IMG/VR virus record: IMGVR_UViG_3300044723_010971
Coordinates: 1 to 31,703 of that record
Strand: one strand, 5' to 3'
Length of the DNA stretch: 31,703 nt
Origin: a virus
Taxonomy: Duplodnaviria > Caudoviricetes
How positions within the stretch are numbered: position 1 is the stretch's first letter; each line of letters opens with the position of its first letter. The notes below the pieces were generated by a model. It saw nothing but the letters and a program-made list of their open reading frames with translations. It was not told where the DNA came from and ran no database searches. Below, piece by piece: positions 8,415 through 16,677 of this stretch. The position numbers and the translations under genes are program-made.

Positions 8415-11400
8415 ATGGCAAATCGATTTCTTAATAATATAAGAATAAACGATGAGTACACTCTGCCCGCAGCAGACGGTACCGCAGATCAGATAATAAC
8501 AACAGATGGTGCAGGACAACTTAGTTTTGTAAATCAAGACACAATTAATTCTGGTTCAGCGGAAAGAACTGAAATACTTGTTAAAAACGTGCACGGGTCG
8601 GCTTTATCTAAAGGCGATCCAGTGTACATAGTAGGAACTGTTGGCGCTAGTGATAGACTAGAAGTTGCTTTAGCGGATGCTGGCAACGCAGCTAAAATGC
8701 CTTGCGTTGGTTTACTTACTCAAGACTTGGCTAACAACGGGGAAGGCACTGCAACCGTAACTGGTAAACTTAGAAACCTAATAACTTCGCCGATAGACGG
8801 TGCAACACCCACAGAGAACGATACTTTATATGTAAAATCAGGCGGAGGGCTTACTTTAACAAAACCAACAGGGTCTGCTAATTTAATACAGAACGTAGGT
8901 CAAGTCGGTAGAGTTAGTACATCGGCAGATGGTAACATTGTTGTTTCAGCTATATTAAGATCTAACGACGTACCTAACTTGCCAACTGGTAAGATATGGG
9001 TTGGGACAACAGCCAACACCGCGGCGTCTGGTGTTGTACACTTAGATGAAGGTAATAGCCGTATGGGTATTAATACGACCAGTCCCGGCACGTCTTTGCA
9101 AGTCAATGGAACTGGAGAGATAATCAGACTTAATGATACCAATGCAACGGCAAATCCTTATCTTACTTTTTATCAAAACGGCACAAGAAGAAGTTATGTT
9201 CAGCACGTTGATTCTGGTGATAATTTTACTTTAGGTTCTGAGTATGGCGGTATTAGATTCTTAACTGGAACTGGTGGAATCGAAACCGAAAAGATGAGGA
9301 TTCTAAGTAATGGCAACGTTGGGATTGGAACGCCTAGTCCTGGCGCTAAGTTGGATGTTAAAGACGGGAGTTCCGCTATGAGGTTCCAAGAATACTCAAA
9401 TGGAGCGTCACTGTTTTTAGATGGGGCGGATGGTGATTTTATTGGGGGTGATTATTTTAATATTTCAGCATACGGAGCAACAGATTTAGCTTTTGGCTAT
9501 GGAGCTGTGACTAAAATGGTAATGAAGTCTACCGGCAACGTAGGTATCGGGACGACTAGTCCACAGGAACAATTGCATTTGTATGGCGGAAATTTAGACA
9601 CAAGAGAATTAGGAACCTCGACTGCGGCAAATGTTATTTACTTAAATACTAAAAACGGCCCAAGTGGTGGCGGAGGGACTGGAATAGGTACTGGTTTAGT
9701 TTGGGCGCCATATTATAGTGGATATACCAAGCGTAGTGCTGGGATTATGCAAATAGCCGAGGGTAATTATTTTAGGAGCGCATTAGCCTTTTATACTAAT
9801 AATACAGCAGACGCATTAACCGATTGGTCAGAAAGAATGCGTATTAGTATGGATGGCAACGTCGGGATCGGGACGACTAGTCCTAGTGGCAGCTTGCATA
9901 TACAGAACGGCGCTAGTGGTCAAGCAGCTCCTAACACCATTGCTGATGGTTTGATAATAGAAACTAGTTCGTCATCAAGTGCTGGTATGTCTATATTAAG
10001 TCCAAGTTCAACTTCTGGAAATATATTTTTTGGTGATGAATCTGATAATTATGTAGGCGGTTTTAGATATTATCACAATGTTAATGAAATGTCTATTAAC
10101 GTTAATAATGCTGAGGCCTTGCGTATTGATTCGTCCCGCAACGTCGGAATCGGGACGACTAGTCCTAGTTACAAGTTATCGGTTAATGGCAATATTCAAA
10201 CTGACATTATTAATGGATATACATATCCAAATAATTCTTGGTTAGATTTTGATTATGACCAAACGTTAGCGTCAAATATGGTGGCGTTAGCCTCTATTGG
10301 TACAATTGTTTATTTAGCAGATACAAATAATAATTCATCAGCATCAACGTCAGCTCATTTATTTACCACTGGAAATGGTGATGTGGATTCTGCAACAAGG
10401 CTGTTAAATATAAGTAACAATGGGGCAATACAGTTTAATCAATACGGCTCAGGAACATTTACAGGTACAGCCACCCAGCGCTTAGGTGTTGATTCATCTG
10501 GTAATGTAATTGAAATCCCTATTGGATCAGGGCCAGTAGATGGAAGCGGTACTGCTAACTATGTAACAAAATGGAGTGATGCCGATACTATTGGGAATAG
10601 TATTATATATGACAATGGAACTTTTGTCGGTATTGGTACGACCAGTCCTGAAGAATTACTTCATATTAAAAATGGGGACGCTGGAGTTACACCTTATGAT
10701 TTAGGAACAGGACTAAATATAGAAGGCACAACCTCCACTGTTGGAATTAATATAATTTCTAGTAATACTGGCCAAGGAAGAATTTACTTTGCTTCGCCGT
10801 CCAGCAATACTGCGGGGGCTATAGAATATAATCATGATGCTACTCTCAGTAATGGTTTTATGAAATTTAGGACTGGAAATTCTGAAAGAATGCGGATTGA
10901 CGGTTCTGGCAACGTCGGGATTGGAGAAACAAGCATTGATGCAAGGATGCATATTACAACCGCTTCGTCCGGCCTAGTAAACCAAAAATTTGAAAGTGCT
11001 GGCTCTGCCGCTTGGAGGGTTGGTATTCCAGCATCACAAACATATTTTGCATTTGACAATGCTAATGACAATTTATCTGCGCCTAAAGTTGTTATTAATT
11101 CCTCAGGCAACGTTGGGATTGGAACGACTAGCCCTGATCAAAAACTTGAAGTAGCCGGGAATGTTATTCTAGACTCTTCAAATGCTAACCTTAAAATAAA
11201 AGCTGGTGTAACTGGAACCAAGGGTGATATTCAATGGACTTTTAATACAGACTCTACCGTATATGCATCAGCTGGTATTACTTATGATAATAGAGGTACT
11301 GATGGATTTTTGATTGATTCAGGTTATCCAATCACGTTAGACTTTGCTTCAAGCCATCTTCGCTTTTCAAACAATGGAAGTGAAAAGATGCGCATAAACA

Positions 11401-12026
11401 CTTCAGGCAACGTTGGGATCGGGACAACTAGTCCTGACTATAAGCTTGATGTAGCTGGGGCTATAGGTATAAATACTTATATTCATCATAATGGTGATAC
11501 AGATACATTTATTGGATATTCGGCAAATGATACATTTGATGTAAATGCAGGTGGCGTAAAACAGCTTACTGTAACAAGTGACAATGTAAACATCACCGAC
11601 ACATTATCATATACTTATCCAACAGCAACGGGAGAATATAATGGTGAAATTGTAACTTTTGGTACTTTTGATACCAAGAACGGGACTATTTTAGAGGGTG
11701 ATGTAATTGTGTATACTACAGCTGGTCTTAACTCAGGTTGGATGAAAGCACAAGGAAATGTAACTTATTCAAAAGGAATGCTTGGGATCGCAATGGGCAC
11801 AAGCGCTAGCGATGGCGTACTTATAAAAGGATTTGCTAGAAATGCGGCGTTTGCATCTGGAGGTCTTGGAAGCCCGCTATATCTTTCTCCAACTAGTGCG
11901 GGAGATACGACTAGCACGGTTCCTAGTTCCACTAATAACATTGTAAGAATCGTGGGCTATATGCTTAACCCTACTAATGATGAAATATTTTTCGATCCAG
12001 ATAAGAGCTGGGTACAGGTATCTTAA
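8415..12026 (+). CDS. Long modular fibre / receptor-binding protein with GNVGIGTTSP repeats
   Basis: 1203 aa with nine full or degenerate GNVGIGTTSP junctions, often preceded by E(K/R)MRI, separating variable beta-rich modules. Confidence 0.85.
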   Translation: MANRFLNNIRINDEYTLPAADGTADQIITTDGAGQLSFVNQDTINSGSAERTEILVKNVHGSALSKGDPVYIVGTVGASDRLEVALADAGNAAKMPCVGLLTQDLANNGEGTATVTGKLRNLITSPIDGATPTENDTLYVKSGGGLTLTKPTGSANLIQNVGQVGRVSTSADGNIVVSAILRSNDVPNLPTGKIWVGTTANTAASGVVHLDEGNSRMGINTTSPGTSLQVNGTGEIIRLNDTNATANPYLTFYQNGTRRSYVQHVDSGDNFTLGSEYGGIRFLTGTGGIETEKMRILSNGNVGIGTPSPGAKLDVKDGSSAMRFQEYSNGASLFLDGADGDFIGGDYFNISAYGATDLAFGYGAVTKMVMKSTGNVGIGTTSPQEQLHLYGGNLDTRELGTSTAANVIYLNTKNGPSGGGGTGIGTGLVWAPYYSGYTKRSAGIMQIAEGNYFRSALAFYTNNTADALTDWSERMRISMDGNVGIGTTSPSGSLHIQNGASGQAAPNTIADGLIIETSSSSSAGMSILSPSSTSGNIFFGDESDNYVGGFRYYHNVNEMSINVNNAEALRIDSSRNVGIGTTSPSYKLSVNGNIQTDIINGYTYPNNSWLDFDYDQTLASNMVALASIGTIVYLADTNNNSSASTSAHLFTTGNGDVDSATRLLNISNNGAIQFNQYGSGTFTGTATQRLGVDSSGNVIEIPIGSGPVDGSGTANYVTKWSDADTIGNSIIYDNGTFVGIGTTSPEELLHIKNGDAGVTPYDLGTGLNIEGTTSTVGINIISSNTGQGRIYFASPSSNTAGAIEYNHDATLSNGFMKFRTGNSERMRIDGSGNVGIGETSIDARMHITTASSGLVNQKFESAGSAAWRVGIPASQTYFAFDNANDNLSAPKVVINSSGNVGIGTTSPDQKLEVAGNVILDSSNANLKIKAGVTGTKGDIQWTFNTDSTVYASAGITYDNRGTDGFLIDSGYPITLDFASSHLRFSNNGSEKMRINTSGNVGIGTTSPDYKLDVAGAIGINTYIHHNGDTDTFIGYSANDTFDVNAGGVKQLTVTSDNVNITDTLSYTYPTATGEYNGEIVTFGTFDTKNGTILEGDVIVYTTAGLNSGWMKAQGNVTYSKGMLGIAMGTSASDGVLIKGFARNAAFASGGLGSPLYLSPTSAGDTTSTVPSSTNNIVRIVGYMLNPTNDEIFFDPDKSWVQVS
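9057..11435 (+). repeat. Dispersed in-frame ~30-bp direct repeats, consensus GGCAACGTYGGGATYGGRACGACTAGTCCT
   Basis: Copies start at 9312, 9534, 9855, 10137, 10908, 11106 and 11406, with degenerate copies at about 9057 and 10620. Exact shared runs of 17-21 nt between copies. Confidence 0.9.
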
Positions 12027-12029
12027 GTT

Positions 12030-12734
12030 ATGGCAACGACAACAGTAACCGCATCAAAACAAGCTACAGCTGCTAAAAATGCGCAATCTTCTTGGACCGC
12101 CGCAAGAGATGCTACGTCTGCTGATTCAATAAATAACTACACCACATCAACATCAGTTGTAGATGCAGTGTATGTAATATTTTCTTCAGGTAAAGGCGGA
12201 GGACTTTATTATGTTGGAAGAACATTTTTATTCTTTGACTTATCAGGGGTAAACGGTACTATTACTCAAATGTCTTTAAAAATGACAGGGGCAACCAATA
12301 CCTCAGCGGTAGTTGTAGCGGTACAGAGCACTGCTTTTGGTGGATCCGGAGGATCAGATTTAGTCGCAGCGGATTTTGATAATTGGAGCCCTGATTCTCC
12401 TACGTTATATAATGGGGGAACATCTTGGGGAACTGGCCTTAATACAATGACCATGACCTCAACGGCCGTATCTCACGCCAACACAAATAGCTATTTAAAT
12501 GTAGTATTAGTTGAACGTTATAATGACTCGGAAGATAGTGAGCCAACATCTGATGTGACAAAGCAAAGCGGTATAACATTTGAAAATTCATCATCGCCTG
12601 TATACTTAGACATTACATATACACCTGCTGCAACTGGGTACGGCAATACAGTAAACGGAGTAGGGCCTTCAAGTATTGCAAATGTAATTGGCGTGGCAAC
12701 AGCAAGTATTGCTAATGTAAATGGAGCAACATAA
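12030..12734 (+). CDS. Virion-associated beta-sandwich protein (DNRLRE-like), possible fibre-tip partner
   Basis: S/T-rich, R.FL.FDLS motif, LDITYT strand, and C-terminal repeats (SIANVIGV, SIANVNG). Confidence 0.55.
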   Translation: MATTTVTASKQATAAKNAQSSWTAARDATSADSINNYTTSTSVVDAVYVIFSSGKGGGLYYVGRTFLFFDLSGVNGTITQMSLKMTGATNTSAVVVAVQSTAFGGSGGSDLVAADFDNWSPDSPTLYNGGTSWGTGLNTMTMTSTAVSHANTNSYLNVVLVERYNDSEDSEPTSDVTKQSGITFENSSSPVYLDITYTPAATGYGNTVNGVGPSSIANVIGVATASIANVNGAT

Positions 12735-12779
12735 ATAAAAAATAATTATCTTTACAAATAACTTTTAAAACAAAAACAA

Positions 12780-13121
12780 ATGACAACTTTCGAATGGAGC
12801 TGTTTAACAGTAGACACATACCCAACTGCTGGAGATAACACAGATGTGGTATACAACGTACACTGGCGAGTAACTGGAACATCTGATCAAACAGATGCAG
12901 ATGGAAATGCTTACACTGCTACAAGTATCGGAACTCAGACTTTAAGCACAGATGACATCACAGACTTCGTAGAGTTTGCTGATTTAGATAACGCAACTGT
13001 AGAAGGCTGGGTTAAGGCTGAAATGGGTACTGATGCTGTTACAGAGATTGAAAACGGTATTAATAGCCAAATTGATGAGCAAATTACGCCAACAAGTGTT
13101 ACAAAAACCATTGGTGCTTAA
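12780..13121 (+). CDS. Conserved acidic phage protein following fibre genes (possible fibre assembly factor)
   Basis: W...DVVYNVHW..TG...F..FADL...V.GWV pattern, familiar from genes next to tail fibres. Confidence 0.6.
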   Translation: MTTFEWSCLTVDTYPTAGDNTDVVYNVHWRVTGTSDQTDADGNAYTATSIGTQTLSTDDITDFVEFADLDNATVEGWVKAEMGTDAVTEIENGINSQIDEQITPTSVTKTIGA

Positions 13122-13182
13122 GAATAATTAGTAATATTCTTAAAAAACAAGTGATTAATTAAATATAATTAAATCAAATCAA

Positions 13183-13446
13183 ATGAGTACAGAAAAAAAA
13201 ATAACAGAAGAGCAATTAACTAAATTGCAAAGTTTTGTAAATGTAATTAACCAAGCTCAAACTGAGCTAGGGGGTATGGAAGTGCGTAAGCACCAACTGC
13301 TTCACCAGGTTGCTACAGCACAAGAAGATTTCGGAACGTTTCAAAAAGAACTTGAGGACGAATACGGAAAAGTTTCAATTAGTATTGAAGACGGAAGTAT
13401 GAAGCCTATTGAAGAAGAGACTGATGAATCTAATTCGGAAGATTAG
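13183..13446 (+). CDS. Small coiled-coil protein
   Basis: 87 aa, heptad-like helices ending LEDEYGKVSISIEDG. Confidence 0.75.
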   Translation: MSTEKKITEEQLTKLQSFVNVINQAQTELGGMEVRKHQLLHQVATAQEDFGTFQKELEDEYGKVSISIEDGSMKPIEEETDESNSED

Positions 13447-13642
13447 TATAGGTAAAGATTATAAGACGGATGCCATGCATTACTCTGTGGGTCAAGAGGT
13501 TTACGGGGGGCATGTCATTTGTAATATAATTGAGGAAGAAGAAAAGTATTCCATATACATTGAAAAAAATAAAGAGGTTATTCTTTGGAAAGACTTTAAT
13601 AAAAATATGGGAATCTCAGTTGAATATAACTTAGATTATTAA
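13424..13642 (+). CDS. Hypothetical phage protein
   Basis: ORF track starts at TTG 13409; ATG 13424 (MNLIRKISIG) is more likely. TAATG coupling to the next gene. Confidence 0.75.
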   Translation: MNLIRKISIGKDYKTDAMHYSVGQEVYGGHVICNIIEEEEKYSIYIEKNKEVILWKDFNKNMGISVEYNLDY

Positions 13643-14235
13643 TGAAGAGTCCATACTCATTTATTGTTAAACCAAAAACCGAACGATCTTCTGCTAAAAA
13701 AAATATTGAAGGAAAGGAGTTAATATTAAACACAGAGCTTCAGAATCATCAATATGTTAGCAGACACGGTGTTGTATTAAATACACCGTTGGTAGGCGTT
13801 ACTCCTATTATTGCCGGAGATGAAGTTATAGTCCATCATAATGTATTTAGGAGGTTCTATGATATAAGGGGTAACGAAAAAAATAGCAAAAGCTATTTTA
13901 GAGAAAACATGTTTTTTGTGGAAACTGATCAAATATTTGCTTACAAAAGCAAGGACAATCAGTGGAAGCCAATTTCCGGTTTTTATTTTGTAAAGCCACT
14001 TAAAAATAAAGACATGTTTTCTGCAGACAAAGAAATGCCCCTTAAAGGCATTATTAAATATGGCGATTCTGAAATCCCAGCAGGCACATTAGTTGGGTTT
14101 AGCCCGCGCTCTGAATATGAATTTATTATTGACGGAGAAAGATTATACCGTGTGCAAAAAAAATACATTACAATTAAATATGAATATCAAGGAGACGAAG
14201 AAGAGTATAATCCGAGCTGGACACAAAGCAGTTGA
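13642..14235 (+). CDS. Putative tandem (two-domain) GroES-fold protein
   Basis: Domain 1: FIVKP...LIL...RHGVVL...AGDEVIV...FFVETDQIFAY. Domain 2: KPI..YFVKP...LKGII..G...GTLVGF...EFIIDGERLYRV....I. Both follow the Cpn10 strand pattern. Confidence 0.6.
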   Translation: MKSPYSFIVKPKTERSSAKKNIEGKELILNTELQNHQYVSRHGVVLNTPLVGVTPIIAGDEVIVHHNVFRRFYDIRGNEKNSKSYFRENMFFVETDQIFAYKSKDNQWKPISGFYFVKPLKNKDMFSADKEMPLKGIIKYGDSEIPAGTLVGFSPRSEYEFIIDGERLYRVQKKYITIKYEYQGDEEEYNPSWTQSS

Positions 14236-14458
14236 CGAGCTTATTAAAGTAGCTGAAGAAAAAATCATTACTAATACAGAAGATGATGTATCTGCAGACC
14301 GTCTTAAAAATGCCGCGGCAACAAAGAAGCTGGCCATATTTGATGCGTTTGAAATACTTAATCGTATACAAGAAGAAGAACGCGTGTTAGAAAACAAACC
14401 AAAAGAAGAGGAAAAGCAGAAAGCTTTTTCAGGGTTTGCGGAAAGAAGATCTAAATAA
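14180..14458 (+). CDS. Putative terminase small subunit
   Basis: Helical 92-aa protein; likely start ATG 14180 (MNIKETKK). TAATG-coupled directly to TerL. Function assigned by position. Confidence 0.55.
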   Translation: MNIKETKKSIIRAGHKAVDELIKVAEEKIITNTEDDVSADRLKNAAATKKLAIFDAFEILNRIQEEERVLENKPKEEEKQKAFSGFAERRSK

Positions 14459-16677
14459 TGTACGAGCAAACGTTATATAAGATTGTAGAACCTGTAAAAC
14501 ATACCACGAAGCATCGATTAAATAAATCAAAGAAGTGGAATTACGGCTACAATAAAGAGCACGACATTGTTGTTATAAGCAAGACAGGCCAGATTGGTGA
14601 TATATATGAAATACAAGGGTTATGTATAGCATTGCCGCCAGCGCCTAAGAGTTTAACCAAAGGCACAAACAAATGGACGCCACAGGACTATCCTAAGGAG
14701 CTTAAAAATATTAAGACTATATTCGACTGGAAGGAATACCCGGATGAGTTTAAAGAGAACTGGGGTGCTTATATTGACGAAGAGTTTACTCGGCGCGAAG
14801 AAGGCTATTGGTTTTACAGCAATAATGTGCCAACTTATATAACTGGAACGCATTATATGTATTTGCAGTGGAGTAAGATTGATGTGGGTAAACCAGATTA
14901 TCGCGAAGCAAATAGATTATTTTATATATTTTGGGAAGCTTGTAAAGCGGATATTAGGTGTTACGGTATGTGTTACCTTAAAAACCGTCGTTCTGGTTTT
15001 TCATTCATGGCATCTGGCGAAGTTGTAAATATGGCAACTATATCAAGTGATAGCCGATTTGGTATATTATCAAAGTCTGGTGCCGATGCAAAAAAGATGT
15101 TTACAGATAAGGTTGTACCGATCTCGGTTAACTACCCATTTTTCTTTAAGCCAATACAAGACGGTATGGACCGTCCAAAAACGGAATTAGCATATCGCGT
15201 CCCAGCATCCAAACTAACCCGCAAATCCATCCAAGCAAAAGATCAGCGTCAGCAGCTAGAAGGCCTTGATACTACTATAGATTGGAAGAATACGGGTGAT
15301 AATAGTTATGATGGTGAAAAGCTAAAGCTATTGGTTCACGATGAAAGTGGCAAGTGGGAAAGACCTGATAACATATTAAACAACTGGCGTGTAACAAAAA
15401 CCACTTTGCGTTTAGGGTCAAGAATTATAGGTAAGTGTATGATGGGTTCAACCAGTAATGCGCTTGACAAAGGAGGTGATAATTTTAAAAAGCTGTACAA
15501 TGATTCAGACGTTACTAAACGAAACGCCAACGGACAGACTCGCTCGGGATTATATTCTTTGTTCATACCTATGGAATGGAACTACGAAGGATTCATTGAT
15601 ACTTATGGAGTACCTGTATTTGACACGCCAGAAGAACCAGTTGAAGCGCCGGATGGAAGTTTAATTGAAGTTGGCGTAGTTGATTATTGGCAAAACGAAG
15701 TAAATGGTTTAAAGGGAGATCCTGATGCTTTAAATGAATTTTATCGCCAGTTTCCACGTACAGAAGAGCATGCGTTTAGAGACGAAGCAAAAAATAGTAT
15801 CTTTAATTTAGTTAAGATACATCAACAAATAGATTATAACGGTGATAGTATACACAATGCTCCGATTACTAAAGGAAGTTTTCAATGGGAAAACGGAATA
15901 AAGGATAGTAAAGTTATATTTACGCCAAACCCACAAGGAAGATTTAATATAAGTTGGGTGCCAGATATAGCTTTGCAAAATAGACAAGTAATTAAAAATG
16001 GCACAAAGTTTCCAGGCAATGACCACGTAGGTGCTTTTGGTTGTGACTCATATGATATATCAGGTACAGTTGGCGGTAATGGTTCTAAAGGCGCATTACA
16101 CGGTCTTACAACATTTAGTATGGAAAATGCCCCAGCTAATACATTCTTTTTAGAATATATTGCACGACCGCAAACCGCTGAGATATTTTTTGAAGATGTA
16201 CTTATGGCGCTGGTGTTTTATGGAATGCCATTGCTTGCTGAAAATAATAAACCAAGATTGTTATATTATTTAAAGCGCAGAGGCTATCGCGGTTATTCAA
16301 TAAATAGGCCGGATAAAATTTGGAATAAGCTATCAACAGCTGAAAAAGAAATTGGAGGCATACCAAACTCGAGTGAAGATATTAAGCAGGCGCACGCCGC
16401 TGCAATTGAATCATATATTGAAAAGCATGTTGGATTAAAAGATAACAATACTTATGGTAGTATGTATTTTAATCAAACTTTAAACGACTGGGCACGTTTT
16501 GATATTAATAATAGAACAAAATTTGATGCCGCAATAAGTTCTGGGCTTGCTATTATGGCATGCAACAGACATTTATATAGACCAGTCGGCGAAAGACAAA
16601 CTCAGACATTAAATATAAATTTAGGCCGTTATGATAATAAGGGCGCAAGATCACAAATAATAGAGAATTATGGCTGA
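14458..16677 (+). CDS. terL: Terminase large subunit
   Basis: Walker A-like LKNRRSGFS, Walker B LLVHDESGK, motif III MMGST, RNase H-like GCDSYD and FDAAISSGLA. Lies directly upstream of the portal gene. Confidence 0.92.
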   Translation: MYEQTLYKIVEPVKHTTKHRLNKSKKWNYGYNKEHDIVVISKTGQIGDIYEIQGLCIALPPAPKSLTKGTNKWTPQDYPKELKNIKTIFDWKEYPDEFKENWGAYIDEEFTRREEGYWFYSNNVPTYITGTHYMYLQWSKIDVGKPDYREANRLFYIFWEACKADIRCYGMCYLKNRRSGFSFMASGEVVNMATISSDSRFGILSKSGADAKKMFTDKVVPISVNYPFFFKPIQDGMDRPKTELAYRVPASKLTRKSIQAKDQRQQLEGLDTTIDWKNTGDNSYDGEKLKLLVHDESGKWERPDNILNNWRVTKTTLRLGSRIIGKCMMGSTSNALDKGGDNFKKLYNDSDVTKRNANGQTRSGLYSLFIPMEWNYEGFIDTYGVPVFDTPEEPVEAPDGSLIEVGVVDYWQNEVNGLKGDPDALNEFYRQFPRTEEHAFRDEAKNSIFNLVKIHQQIDYNGDSIHNAPITKGSFQWENGIKDSKVIFTPNPQGRFNISWVPDIALQNRQVIKNGTKFPGNDHVGAFGCDSYDISGTVGGNGSKGALHGLTTFSMENAPANTFFLEYIARPQTAEIFFEDVLMALVFYGMPLLAENNKPRLLYYLKRRGYRGYSINRPDKIWNKLSTAEKEIGGIPNSSEDIKQAHAAAIESYIEKHVGLKDNNTYGSMYFNQTLNDWARFDINNRTKFDAAISSGLAIMACNRHLYRPVGERQTQTLNINLGRYDNKGARSQIIENYG

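Noticed and set aside
9057-11435. CRISPR array or DGR interpretation of the fibre repeats
   Set aside because: Spacers are about 170-450 bp and coding, and the repeats are degenerate. There are no cas genes, no reverse transcriptase, and no adenine-specific TR/VR pair.
12745-12756. TATCTTTAC as a Bacteroidota -7 promoter element
   Set aside because: It mismatches TAnnTTTG at the conserved G and has no clear -33 TTTG; too weak to call.
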